From Rubrobacteraceae bacterium (GTDB lineage Bacteria; Actinomycetota; Rubrobacteria; Rubrobacterales; Rubrobacteraceae), in the NCBI GenBank assembly GCA_035642415.1, contig DASQSI010000166.1, positions 1 through 60,536 on the forward strand: 60,536 nt of DNA, in the 5' to 3' direction. The notes under the pieces were generated by a model. It was not told the DNA's origin and did no database searches. It worked only from the letters and a program-made list of their open reading frames with translations. Shown piece after piece: positions 51,393 through 60,536 of this stretch. The stretch's first letter is position 1. Each line of letters opens with the position of its first letter. The translations under genes and the position numbers were made by a program.

Positions 51393-52190
51393 CTATCCTA
51401 CCCAACTTTTGATGACGGCCTCCACCACATCTCGGCCCAGTAGCGTGATGGTTCGCTTACCCGACTCGGTGCCGATAACGAGGCCATGCTCTTCGAGCAC
51501 CGACAGGTCCCGGTAGGCGGTACTGACGCTGATCTCTAGCTTTTCGGCTACCGTTGAAGGTCCCACATCGCCGCACTCGAGTACTGTGATCAAAACCTTC
51601 TGTTGTCTCTCCGATATGTTCATCTTGGGCACGGCGTCAGGGTACTTCCTCTGCGGCGCCAAGGATACGGCCGGTTGCTGTTCAGGCTTTGAGCGCCGCG
51701 CAGTCGTGTCCGCCGAGATCGTGGCCACGGTACCGCCCCCGATATTGTCTTCTATGGTGACCGTCCCTCCCACTCTCTCGGCGGCTGCCCGAGCGATGCC
51801 CAGACCTGCCCCGACTCCCCGTATTTCCCGAACCGCCTCCGGGCTAGCACCGGAGAAACCGAACTCGAACGCCCGTTCTTTTTGCCTTATCCCGGGACCC
51901 CTGTCCGAAATTCTCACGACGTTGCCCTCTTCTAATACCGAGATTACGACTCCCCTGAAGTCGGCGTGGATGAGGTTCTCAATCAACTCTCGTAAGGCTT
52001 CCTCAGGCACGCTTCCTCTGGAAGCTCTGACCTCCTCCATTACGAGTCCTAAGAACTTCCTGGTGGCCGCGCGCGCAGAGGCCGCCGAAACCTCGCTTAC
52101 CTCCGGTTCTCCGTCTTTCGGGTACACCGCGACCTTGACGCTGATCCCGGCTTCCCCCGCGTCTGTCTGTGTCTTGTTCGCGTACATCAC
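51393..52190 (-). CDS. GHKL (HATPase_c) ATP-binding protein with C-terminal DeoR-like HTH
   Basis: ELIENLIHA (N box), DRGPGI, GVGAGLG; C-terminal PSTVAEKLEISVSTAYRDLSVLEEHGLV. No His phospho-acceptor box. Confidence 0.85.
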   Translation of the reverse strand: MMYANKTQTDAGEAGISVKVAVYPKDGEPEVSEVSAASARAATRKFLGLVMEEVRASRGSVPEEALRELIENLIHADFRGVVISVLEEGNVVRISDRGPGIRQKERAFEFGFSGASPEAVREIRGVGAGLGIARAAAERVGGTVTIEDNIGGGTVATISADTTARRSKPEQQPAVSLAPQRKYPDAVPKMNISERQQKVLITVLECGDVGPSTVAEKLEISVSTAYRDLSVLEEHGLVIGTESGKRTITLLGRDVVEAVIKSWVG

Positions 52191-52274
52191 GTCCCCATCG
52201 GATTATTGCGTACCCCTTATCACAACGCTAGGGCAGCTGGAAGGAAAACAACGTTTTGCAGGCTATTACTTTAT

Positions 52275-52308
52275 TTATCCACAATTTTTTCCACAATCTG
52301 TGGATATC
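52275..52308. promoter_or_regulatory. DnaA box cluster in the rpmH / ATPase-dnaA divergent promoter region
   Basis: ttatccaca, ttttccaca and tgtggatat. Confidence 0.8.
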
Positions 52309-52538
52309 TTGCCGCATAATCGCGCCACTTTTCGGTTTGTATGGTTATGAATCCGGTGTAAGAGGGATTTTTTCCTCACCTAAAAAAGGGATTTGCAGAT
52401 CTTTTTGCCTTATGTTTGGCCGAGAGAAAGGGACCGGTATGTGGTGGGCTTACCGCTACGTGCTGGACGGATTTACTGGTTCGGATATACTAGTTCCTAT
52501 CGTCACCGCGGCATAATAGGTCAAATGAGGAGCTCCGT

Positions 52539-52673
52539 ATGAAGCGCACCTACCAGCCAAAGCGTCGCAAGCGAGCCAAGACCCATGGCTTTCGGAGCCG
52601 CATGAGCACCCCCAGTGGCCGCCGGGTCATCGCCGCGCGCCGGCGCAAGGGACGCAAGCGGCTGGCCGTTTGA
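52539..52673 (+). CDS. rpmH: 50S ribosomal protein L34
   Basis: [22 protein letters not shown]...[11 protein letters not shown] (below the ORF-track size cut-off). Confidence 0.97.
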   Translation: MKRTYQPKRRKRAKTHGFRSRMSTPSGRRVIAARRRKGRKRLAV

Positions 52674-52676
52674 TCT

Positions 52677-53045
52677 TTGTCCCGACGTAGTAGCAGAAGC
52701 CTTACCTCTTCGCCCGAGTTTGAAAGGGTCTACCGTAGAGGTTCGGTTTACAGAGGTAAACTGTTCTCCATCCACGTTTTGCCGAACACCATAGGTGAGC
52801 CGAGAATGGGGCTTTCTGTCTCTAAAAAGGTTGGAACCGCGGTAAAGCGTAACGGGGTGCGGCGGCGTCTGAAAGAGATTTTTCGTTCTTCGGTGAGTTG
52901 GCTGCCGGATAACGTAGATTTTGTAGTTTCGGCTCGTCCGGCTGCTGCAGAGGCTTCGTTCGAGGACTTGAAGGAGGAGTTCTTGCGCTCCCTCCACAAG
53001 CTGAACAAGAACACCCCAGCTGAGGTACGTAAGGAGAGTTTTTGA
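52677..53045 (+). CDS. rnpA: RNase P protein component
   Basis: [23 protein letters not shown] (RNR-like motif). Confidence 0.95.
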   Translation: MSRRSSRSLTSSPEFERVYRRGSVYRGKLFSIHVLPNTIGEPRMGLSVSKKVGTAVKRNGVRRRLKEIFRSSVSWLPDNVDFVVSARPAAAEASFEDLKEEFLRSLHKLNKNTPAEVRKESF

Positions 53046-53046
53046 A

Positions 53047-53262
53047 GTGCAGCCGCGGGCGATCGTTGTGAGGGTTATTAGGACGTATCGGAGGTTCGTC
53101 TCCCCTTTGCTGCCACCTGCTTGCCGGTTTTCGCCAAGTTGTTCCCGATACACCCTACTCGCCATCGAGAAGCATGGTGTTCTGAAGGGTGGCCTTATGG
53201 GGGTGTGGCGGATACTCCGGTGCAACCCCTTCTCGAAGGGCGGGTTCGACCCAGTAAGATGA
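53047..53262 (+). CDS. yidD: Membrane protein insertion efficiency factor YidD
   Basis: CRFSPSCS.Y...[14 protein letters not shown]. Confidence 0.95.
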   Translation: MQPRAIVVRVIRTYRRFVSPLLPPACRFSPSCSRYTLLAIEKHGVLKGGLMGVWRILRCNPFSKGGFDPVR

Positions 53263-53272
53263 AGAGGGAGGC

Positions 53273-54088
53273 ATGGAACACATAATAGAGTTTCTAGAGA
53301 CCCTTTTCGGTCCTTTAATCGATGTCTTCGGCAATGCCCTCGAGTATTTCCATACGATGGGTGCGCCGTGGTGGCTCAGCATTGCTATCTTGACCGTAAT
53401 CGTGCGTTCGTTGCTTTTCCCTTTAACGATCAAACAGGTCAAGAGCATGCGCGCCATGCAGGATTTGAAGCCCGAGATGGACAGACTGCGGGCCAAGTAC
53501 AAGGACAATAAGCAGAGGCAGCAGGAAGAGCTCATGAAGCTCTACCAGGAGCGCAAGGTGAACCCGTTGGGTGGATGTTTGCCTCTCTTGGTACAGATGC
53601 CCATCTTTATCACCATGTACTACGTTATACGCGGCTTCGACCAGACGCATCCTAGCTTCGCGAGCGGCGGTATCCTTTGGTTCAAGGACCTTACTGTAGC
53701 GGATCCTTTTTATATCCTGCCGGTCCTCTCGGCCGTTACAATGCTTGCGGCCTCGGAGATTACCGCCAAGAACGTCGATCCGCAGCAGCGCTGGCTTATG
53801 CGACTCCTGCCCGTAGGCTTCACAGTGTTCCTTCTACAGTTTCCGGCCGGTCTGTTTATGTACTGGATCACCTCCAACCTCGTTACCCTGGTGCAGAACT
53901 ATCTAATCTACAATCACGGCCCTGGCAGGAAAGTGGCTGCCAGCTCCCCTAACGAGAAGCGAGCTCCTCGCAACGAGTCGAACGCTTTGCCTGAGCCGGC
54001 GCCCAAGCCACAGAACAGCTCCTCGACGCCCGGGGGGCGAGCTAAAGCTAAAGAGACCAGAAGGAGAAGAAGGAAGAAAAGAAGATGA
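53273..54088 (+). CDS. yidC: Membrane protein insertase YidC/Oxa1
   Basis: NPLGGCLPLLVQMPIF, PAGLFMYWITSN. Confidence 0.95.
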   Translation: MEHIIEFLETLFGPLIDVFGNALEYFHTMGAPWWLSIAILTVIVRSLLFPLTIKQVKSMRAMQDLKPEMDRLRAKYKDNKQRQQEELMKLYQERKVNPLGGCLPLLVQMPIFITMYYVIRGFDQTHPSFASGGILWFKDLTVADPFYILPVLSAVTMLAASEITAKNVDPQQRWLMRLLPVGFTVFLLQFPAGLFMYWITSNLVTLVQNYLIYNHGPGRKVAASSPNEKRAPRNESNALPEPAPKPQNSSSTPGGRAKAKETRRRRRKKRR

Positions 54089-54828
54089 GTGACAGTCGAG
54101 AGTTTTACGCTGCAACGGTCGAGGAAGCGCTGGATAAAGCTTCCTCGAACCTTGGCATCTCGCGCGATCGCTTAAGTGTTGAGGTCTTGGACCAGGGCAG
54201 CGCGGGCTTTCTAGGTATTGGCACAAGGGATGCTCGTATACTGGTTAGACTCTCCGAAGAACCGCACCTTGAGGCCCTACCGGGGCCTGGCACACAGACA
54301 CCTGAGCCGGTGGTTGGAGAGTTGCCTGAAGCTAGCCCACCTCTAAAAGAAGATCCCCTCGCTGGGGGACGCGACGTCTCATACGAATTGATCGTCGCCG
54401 TGGACGAGTTTACGACTGGCCTTGTCGACGCGATGGGGTTCGACGCTACGGTTGATGTTTACGACGCGGGAGATACGATTGCGGTAGACGTGGCCACGAA
54501 GGAGCCAGGGCTCTTTATCGGCCAAAAGGGCGAAACCATCGACTCCATACAGTACCTGCTGAACGCCGCAGTCTATAAAGACCGGCCTTTTGTTAAGAGG
54601 ATTATTGTCGACTCCGAAGGCTATAGGCAACGGCGCGTCGAGGCTATCCAAGGCATGGCTCATCGTATCGCACGCCGCGCTGTGCGAGAGAAGCGGCCGC
54701 TTAGCCTACCCCCGATGCCCGCCGCTGAGCGGCGTGTGGTGCACCTCTTTCTCAAGGAGAACCCCGACGTAACAACCTTTAGCGAGGGCGAAGAAGATGA
54801 GCGAAGGGTCGTCGTTAGCCCCTCCTAG
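54085..54828 (+). CDS. jag: Jag/EloR RNA-binding protein (KH + R3H)
   Basis: Jag_N, IGQKGETIDSIQ KH motif, ERRVVH R3H motif. Confidence 0.93.
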   Translation: MSDSREFYAATVEEALDKASSNLGISRDRLSVEVLDQGSAGFLGIGTRDARILVRLSEEPHLEALPGPGTQTPEPVVGELPEASPPLKEDPLAGGRDVSYELIVAVDEFTTGLVDAMGFDATVDVYDAGDTIAVDVATKEPGLFIGQKGETIDSIQYLLNAAVYKDRPFVKRIIVDSEGYRQRRVEAIQGMAHRIARRAVREKRPLSLPPMPAAERRVVHLFLKENPDVTTFSEGEEDERRVVVSPS

Positions 54829-54837
54829 GCCTGTATT

Positions 54838-54853
54838 CGTTTCACGTGAAACG
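54838..54853. promoter_or_regulatory. parS site 1
   Basis: cGTTTCACGTGAAACg perfect palindrome matching the parS consensus. Confidence 0.92.
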
Positions 54854-54854
54854 C

Positions 54855-54898
54855 GCATGGTGCCAAATGTTTGTGCGTACAAACATTTGGCACCATGC
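54855..54898. repeat. Perfect 20-bp inverted repeat between the parS sites
   Basis: gcatggtgccaaatgtttgt-gcgt-acaaacatttggcaccatgc. Confidence 0.9.
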
Positions 54899-54921
54899 TA
54901 AAGATTTGGAGCCGCGTGTAG

Positions 54922-54937
54922 CGTTTCACGTGAAACC
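54922..54937. promoter_or_regulatory. parS site 2
   Basis: cGTTTCACGTGAAACc. Confidence 0.9.
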
Positions 54938-54946
54938 TCTAGCACT

Positions 54947-55672
54947 ATGGCGGAACTAGAGCAGCTGAGGTTAGACGCCGAGGGGTGGGGCCTGCACTTG
55001 AGCCACTCGCACCTATCCTTACTGAGCTGTTATACCGATCTTCTAGCCGGGTACGAGTTAACCAACATCATCGGGACTAAGGGGCGGGACCGAATAATCC
55101 TCGACCACCTGAGCGACGCTTTAAGCTGCTATGCAGTCGAGGACCTCCACCAGGTGCGTACGCTTATAGACATCGGAGCGGGAGGAGGGCTGCCTGGGAT
55201 ACCCCTGGCCGTCGTGCGTTCCGAGCTGCACGTCGCGTTACTGGAAGCTACAGAGAAAAAAGTACGCTTCCTCGAGTATGCGCGGACCGCGCTAGGCCTA
55301 GAAAATATAGACGTGCTCCACGCGCGTGCGGAGGATGCAGGAAACAAGCCTACTTACCGGGAGGCTTTTGACTTCGCAACTACCCGTGCGCTGGGGGCGC
55401 TGCCGGTGGTCGTAGAGTACTGTGCCCCATTCGTACGCGTCGGCGGCACGATCCTCGCGATGAAAGGGCGATTAGCAGGCAAGGAACTATCTAACGGGGA
55501 AGCGGCATCGCGCGAGCTGGGGGTGGAGTTACGTGAAGTACGAGAAGTAAATTATCGGGCGCAACTCCTGCAAAAAGACCGCAATCTCGTGGTGCTCGAT
55601 AAAGTCGGCCCAACCCCTCGCAGGTTTCCGCGCAGAGTAGGGGTTGCAAAAAAACGGCCACTAGGAGCTTAG
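54947..55672 (+). CDS. rsmG: 16S rRNA m7G527 methyltransferase RsmG/GidB
   Basis: DIGAGGGLPGIPLA, RAE, TRAL motifs. Confidence 0.94.
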   Translation: MAELEQLRLDAEGWGLHLSHSHLSLLSCYTDLLAGYELTNIIGTKGRDRIILDHLSDALSCYAVEDLHQVRTLIDIGAGGGLPGIPLAVVRSELHVALLEATEKKVRFLEYARTALGLENIDVLHARAEDAGNKPTYREAFDFATTRALGALPVVVEYCAPFVRVGGTILAMKGRLAGKELSNGEAASRELGVELREVREVNYRAQLLQKDRNLVVLDKVGPTPRRFPRRVGVAKKRPLGA

Positions 55673-55815
55673 GCGGGGGAGAGGAGCTAACGCAATACCT
55701 AGTAGCTACTAGGTATTGTGGTTCCAAGCACGCTGCCCCAGGCCGTTGCGCTGCCCAAAGACTTTTCGCCCGCAGCTGGGGCGAGCTGAGGGGCAGGCAT
55801 GCTAAGATCCCAGCG

Positions 55816-56580
55816 GTGGCTACTGTAATCGCCATAGCGAACCAAAAAGGCGGAGTGGGCAAAAGCACCACTGCGATCAACCTCGCCGCCTACCTGGCGG
55901 AGTTAGGAGAGAAGGTTTTGATCGTGGACATGGACCCCCAGGGCAACGCCACCAGTGGCCTGGGCGTCTCCCCCCGTCGAGACGGCTGTATGTATGACGT
56001 CCTGCTAGAGGGCAAGCCTCTAGGGCAGGTAGCAGTAAAGACCGAAGTCGAAAACCTTGAGGTTGCGCCTGCCACCGTCAACCTTGTGGGAGCAGAGGTG
56101 GAACTCGTCTCCACCCTCGCACGCGAGTTCAAGTTAAAGCGGGCGCTAGGCAAGTTGCCACACGAGGCTTACGACCGGGTGCTGGTAGACTGTCCACCGT
56201 CTCTAGATCTTCTTACGTTAAACGCCCTCACCGCTGCGGACGAAGTTCTGATCCCCATACAGTGTGAGTATTACGCCCTCGAAGGCCTTACGCAGCTCAT
56301 GCGCAGCATAAGGATGGTGCGGGAAGAACTAAACCCAGACCTGAAGATCGGGGGGGTGCTCTTGACCATGTTCGATACACGCACCAACCTGGCCCACCAG
56401 GTCGTCGACGAGGTGCGCACGTTCTTCGGAGACCAGGTATTTCACACCGTGATACCCCGTAACGTAAGGCTCAGCGAGGCCCCTAGCTTCGGCCTGCCGG
56501 TAACCCTGTATGCTCCAAAGAGCGTGGGAGCGGAGGCCTACGCCGCCGTCGCAGAGGAGGTCTTAAGCCGTGGTGGGTAG
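55816..56580 (+). CDS. parA: Chromosome partitioning ATPase ParA/Soj
   Basis: NQKGGVGKST, DPQGNAT, DCPPS, QCEYYALEG. Confidence 0.96.
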   Translation: MATVIAIANQKGGVGKSTTAINLAAYLAELGEKVLIVDMDPQGNATSGLGVSPRRDGCMYDVLLEGKPLGQVAVKTEVENLEVAPATVNLVGAEVELVSTLAREFKLKRALGKLPHEAYDRVLVDCPPSLDLLTLNALTAADEVLIPIQCEYYALEGLTQLMRSIRMVREELNPDLKIGGVLLTMFDTRTNLAHQVVDEVRTFFGDQVFHTVIPRNVRLSEAPSFGLPVTLYAPKSVGAEAYAAVAEEVLSRGG

Positions 56581-57448
56581 GCGCGGGCTGGGCAGGGGGC
56601 TCTCGGCGCTCATATCCGCTGGGGATAGCGTCGGGGGACTGCGGTTCGAGGAGGTGCCGGTCTCGGCGATCCGCCCGAACACCCACCAACCGCGCCGCAA
56701 CTTCTCGGAGGCAAGCATAAAAGAACTTGCGGCCTCTATACGCGAGGTAGGTATCCTGCAACCGCTCGTGATCCGCTCAACAGAGATCGGTTTCGAGCTG
56801 ATAGCAGGCGAGAGGAGGCTGAGGGCCGCCAAAGAGGTGGGTCTCGACCGGGTGCCGGTTTTGATACGGGAGGCTGCGGAGAGCGAGTCGATGGAGATGG
56901 CTCTCGTAGAGAACCTGCAACGGGAAGACCTCAACCCTCTGGAGACCGCGGCCGCCTACCAAGCTCTGATGGACGGCTTTGGGTTCACCAAAGATCAGCT
57001 CGCTCACCGTCTGGGAAAGAGCCGAGCGGCGATCTCCAATACGCTACGTCTTAGTCGGCTGCCAGAACCCATCCAGGCGATGGTGCTAGAGGAGAAGCTG
57101 TCGGAGGGGCACGCCCGCGCGCTGCTCAGCCTGGAGACGGAGGAGCACATGCTCCGCGTGGCCGAGACAGTGCGGGCCGAGAAGCTCTCTGTTCGGAGAA
57201 CCGAAGACCTGGTACGCGAGAAGCTCTTGAGGAGGTCGTCGAGCCCGGAAGCAGGGGAGAAGCTAGCAGGAGAGCAAGAAGCGGCCGACCAATACGACGA
57301 AGCTTCGCGTTTGATAGAAGAGGCGCTGAGGTTGCCGACGCGGGTACGAGCGTTACGCAAAGGGGGAAAGGTCGAAATACGTTTCCGCAAAGAAGAAGAG
57401 CTGGAGGCGTTGGTCGTCCTGCTCACCGCCAACCATAATACAGACTAA
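56570..57448 (+). CDS. parB: Chromosome partitioning protein ParB/Spo0J
   Basis: GLGRGL, QPR, AGERR, ENLQREDL motifs and an HTH. Confidence 0.96.
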   Translation: MVGRRGLGRGLSALISAGDSVGGLRFEEVPVSAIRPNTHQPRRNFSEASIKELAASIREVGILQPLVIRSTEIGFELIAGERRLRAAKEVGLDRVPVLIREAAESESMEMALVENLQREDLNPLETAAAYQALMDGFGFTKDQLAHRLGKSRAAISNTLRLSRLPEPIQAMVLEEKLSEGHARALLSLETEEHMLRVAETVRAEKLSVRRTEDLVREKLLRRSSSPEAGEKLAGEQEAADQYDEASRLIEEALRLPTRVRALRKGGKVEIRFRKEEELEALVVLLTANHNTD

Positions 57449-57589
57449 TATCTAGCCTAAACTTTCTGAGCAAGCGTCTAAAAACGTTCCGGACAGGAAA
57501 TTTCGTATTACCCGATAGATAACACGCGCTCAGACTAGTCGAACCGCAAAGAGGACACCATCCGGGGAGCCTGTTAGGGGCACTCAATT

Positions 57590-57901
57590 TCATCTCGTTC
57601 CTCTCCTCTCCAAAGACAACAACCCGAGCTGAAGGGCCAGCCTGGCCCGGGAATCTTTCAAATCTAAATCAGTTAGCTCTCCGATGCGCGCGAGGCGGTA
57701 AAGCAAGCTATTGCGGTGCAGAAAGAGCCGGTCCGCCGCTTCGCTTGCGTTGGCTCCCGCTCCCAGGTAGACCTTTAAGGTGCGTATTAGATCACTCCCA
57801 CGTTCCTGGTCGTATGCCACAAGGGGCTCGATGAGCCCCTCGAAGGGCTCGAGATCCTGGGACTGGGACAGCTCTTCCAGCATAGGTCTCACATCGTCCA
57901 T
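57590..57901 (-). CDS. Stand-alone PucR-type C-terminal HTH protein
   Basis: LIRTLKVYL...EAADRLFLHRNSLLYRL. Confidence 0.8.
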   Translation of the reverse strand: MDDVRPMLEELSQSQDLEPFEGLIEPLVAYDQERGSDLIRTLKVYLGAGANASEAADRLFLHRNSLLYRLARIGELTDLDLKDSRARLALQLGLLSLERRGTR

Positions 57902-57981
57902 AAGGCACCGTTCTAACAGCTAAGCTGCCCTCATGCTAAAAATGCTCGAAGGGCCCATACGCCATACCTCCGGAGGCACAA

Positions 57982-58326
57982 ATGGAAACGTCACGAGTCG
58001 ACATGTTCCGCAAGCTCCTCGATAGGGAGCCGGATAACGCCATGGTTCTCTACTCCTTAGGGAAGGAACTATTCAAAGAAGAGAAGTATGTCGAGGCCAG
58101 AGAGTACCTCAGCCGGGCCGTCCGAAATAAGCCGGACTACTCGGTGGCTTACCGGGCGCTCGGGCGCGCCTTATATGAACTCGGCGAGGATGACAACGCC
58201 CGTCGCGTTTTTGCCGAGGGACGCGAGGTGGCCAGGAGAAACGGAGACCTCCAAACTGTCAAGGAGATAGACGTTTTTGTACGCCGCTTAGAGAAGCGCG
58301 GTGGGGGAGAGACCGGTTCCTCATAG
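57982..58326 (+). CDS. Tetratricopeptide-repeat protein
   Basis: YSLG...A..YL..A....PDYSVAYRALG TPR pattern; GGAGG RBS. Confidence 0.85.
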   Translation: METSRVDMFRKLLDREPDNAMVLYSLGKELFKEEKYVEAREYLSRAVRNKPDYSVAYRALGRALYELGEDDNARRVFAEGREVARRNGDLQTVKEIDVFVRRLEKRGGGETGSS

Positions 58327-58375
58327 GAGTGGCGCCGTCTGTATCCCGGTGCTCGGCTTCCTGGCGGATGGCAGG

Positions 58376-58591
58376 TTAGGAGGAGCGGCCCTGCGCTCCG
58401 TAGGTTTCACGTAACCACTGGATGTACTGGTGCTGCATAGCCGCCCAGGCGTCAATGCTCTGGATCATCGGCTCGCCCAGCGGACCCCACATCCTCCAGT
58501 AAACCTTCGCGCTTTCGGTAAAGCCGTCTACCATTTGCTCGGCGAACTGCAGTCCCTGGAGCGTAGCCTCATCGCCCCTTGGCTCTTGCAT
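58376..58591 (-). CDS. Small hypothetical protein (71 aa)
   Basis: AAGGAGG RBS before ATG; amphipathic helical composition. Confidence 0.65.
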   Translation of the reverse strand: MQEPRGDEATLQGLQFAEQMVDGFTESAKVYWRMWGPLGEPMIQSIDAWAAMQHQYIQWLRETYGAQGRSS

Positions 58592-59061
58592 CGGCAGCCT
58601 CCTTCCCCTAAGTAACCGTAACCAGGAAATATGTCACCCGCCGGGGGTTTGCTTAAACAAACTTCCAGTGTACGCTAAGAGTTCATTGAGCGAACGCTCG
58701 TTGGGCAGACGGTCTATAGCGTAAGCCAGCAGCCGCTCTAGGCTAAGCATCTCCAGGGACACGTCCAATCCCGCCGCTTTCGAGCAGACCGGCGACCGGT
58801 CGGGCCTTGACTGCCTCCCACCCTCCGGTCCTGGTAGGCGTAACCGAAGTACCGGATAATAGCCGTTAAACGATCAGCGCACACCCTGTAAGCTGCATCG
58901 ATCAGCAGGAGCAGCTCCCGATACGCCTCGATCATTACCAAATCGGTCAACCGGGAAAATATCCCGCCCGGCTGCGGATCAGCGTATCAAGGGGAGCTTC
59001 GCCAGCCACGTCACGCCGTTGATAATATGCGTTACTGTGCACGACGAAAGAAAAATAGCGT

Positions 59062-59766
59062 GTGATAGCGGACTTCGGTAACCTAGGCGCTGCCTTCCTT
59101 GTAACGGGCGTCTTCGCCGGGCTTGTGTACGCTTTGGGGATGGCGAGTCGGGGCGGAGCCTTAGGGGGATTCGTGGTGGGGGTCCTGACCTATGCCTCCC
59201 TTGGACCCCAGGGGTTCACGGTCCTCGCGCTGTTCGTGGCCGGCGGCTCCCTTCTGACCCGCCTCGGCTACCGGAGCAAAGAGCGTCATGGCGCTGCCGA
59301 AGCCAACGGAGGTCGCCGCGGCGCCGGGAGCGCCTTCGCCAACTGCGGTATCGCCCTCTTGTGCGCTCTTTTCGCCTCCTTGACCGGTTCCAGAGCAGGC
59401 GTCGTGGCCTTTATCGCCGCTCTGGGCGCAGCGTTCGCCGACACCACCGAATCCGAGGTGGGGCAGCTCTATAGCCACGCTCCTCGTCTCATTACCACCT
59501 TCCGAAAGGTCCCACCCGGAACAAACGGTGCGGTGTCCGTGGCGGGGACGCTCGCCGGGCTTGCTGCCGCGATGCTGACCGCCCTTCTCGGTCTTGTGCT
59601 GGGGCTCGTGACGGAACCAGGAATCGTGCTTCTCATAGCACTTGTGGCGTTCTTAGGAACCGTGACGGACAGCCTCATAGGCGCGCTGGCGCCGCGCGTC
59701 AGTAACGAAGTTACTAATGTCCTTTGCACGCTGCTCGCAGCTGCATTGGCTTTCTTGCTGGCATAA
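59062..59766 (+). CDS. DUF92 (TMEM19-like) membrane protein
   Basis: RG...AFAN, ADTTESEVG, VPPGTNGAVS..GT, DSLIGA, SNEVTN motifs. Confidence 0.9.
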   Translation: MIADFGNLGAAFLVTGVFAGLVYALGMASRGGALGGFVVGVLTYASLGPQGFTVLALFVAGGSLLTRLGYRSKERHGAAEANGGRRGAGSAFANCGIALLCALFASLTGSRAGVVAFIAALGAAFADTTESEVGQLYSHAPRLITTFRKVPPGTNGAVSVAGTLAGLAAAMLTALLGLVLGLVTEPGIVLLIALVAFLGTVTDSLIGALAPRVSNEVTNVLCTLLAAALAFLLA

Positions 59767-60095
59767 CTCGCACTCCTTCGTGCATTGCGATATTCACGAC
59801 ATTACCCATCTCGCCCGAAGCTTCGATCATACGCTATGCTACTTTCCCTCCCTCCCAACGTGTGAACCCGAGGAGTTTTAAGGTGAACCTAGATCTTGAG
59901 TCACACGGGCACCTTCCTGCTCAACCTGTAGGATTATCCGACCTCGAGCCCTACCTGAAATATGCATCGAGATGTTATATATAGACGCATGTGCGCCAGG
60001 GATGGCAAAGGCCGAAACGTGGATCTCCGACTATAAAGTCTGCGCACCCTTTCCCTGCTTTAGAACAATAAAACGTGTACTCGAAGGAGTCTTTA

Positions 60096-60536
60096 GTGAG
60101 CGAGGTATCCGTAACGAGAGATTACGATCCAAATTCCATAGAGCGTTACTGGCAAGAGCGGTGGGCCGAGAGCGGCCTGTACAAAACCGATCAGGACCTC
60201 GCCAAGCCTAAGCACTATGCGCTTACGATGCTCCCGTACCCGAGCGGGGACCTGCATGTCGGCCACTGGTACGCGATGACCCCCTCCGACACCCGCGCTC
60301 GCTTTATGCGGATGCGCGGATACCGGGTCTTTTTCCCCATAGGCTTTGATGCTTTCGGGCTTCCGGCGGAAAACGCAGCTATAGATCGGGGCATACATCC
60401 TTACAAGTGGACAATGTCGAACATAGAGAGGATGCGCAGCCAGCTGCGGCAGATGGGGGCGATGTTCGATATTGACTCAGAGATCGTCACCTGCGACCCT
60501 GAGTACTATCGTTGGAACCAGTGGTTCTTCCTCAAG
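60096..60536 (+). CDS. leuS: Leucine--tRNA ligase (5' part; runs off the window)
   Basis: GTG after [55 protein letters not shown]. Confidence 0.95.
   Translation, partial: MSEVSVTRDYDPNSIERYWQERWAESGLYKTDQDLAKPKHYALTMLPYPSGDLHVGHWYAMTPSDTRARFMRMRGYRVFFPIGFDAFGLPAENAAIDRGIHPYKWTMSNIERMRSQLRQMGAMFDIDSEIVTCDPEYYRWNQWFFLK

Noticed and set aside
52521-53225. 234-aa minus-strand ORF
   Set aside because: Antisense to rpmH-rnpA-yidD.
58738-58950. 70-aa ORF as a possible recombinase N-terminal remnant
   Set aside because: The resemblance is too weak: no catalytic motifs and no RBS.
59767-60095. T-box leader upstream of leuS
   Set aside because: No GGTGGNACCGCG T-box motif or terminator/antiterminator was seen.

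Overview
This is the replication-origin region of a high-GC actinobacterium; gene content and order suggest Rubrobacteria (inference). The right part is core origin synteny: leuS (partial), parB-parA-rsmG, two parS sites, jag-yidC-yidD-rnpA-rpmH, an uncharacterised GHKL-ATPase/HTH gene coupled to dnaA, oriC, dnaN-yaaA-recF-gyrB-gyrA, an NYN protein and rnpB (RNase P RNA). The left part holds polX/PHP, trxB, ybdK, tRNA-Leu, the kinase-fhaA-fhaB-pstP-rodA-pbpA-pknB cluster, a coiled-coil beta-CASP nuclease, coaC, tRNA-Gly and an Sdh1-type succinate dehydrogenase. Between them (about 26.35-39.63 kb) is a decayed 13.3-kb island integrated into the 3' end of rnpB, with a 26-bp perfect direct repeat, two tyrosine-integrase C-terminal remnants and arm-type-like repeats. 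Inside it (about 32.7-36.4 kb) at least ten copies of a ~30-bp site (core GGACCGGGGCTATGGGCAA) occur in both orientations and bracket small single-gene units with their own RBS and terminator. This cassette-like array matches neither integron attC nor dif consensus and is the best candidate for an undescribed system.
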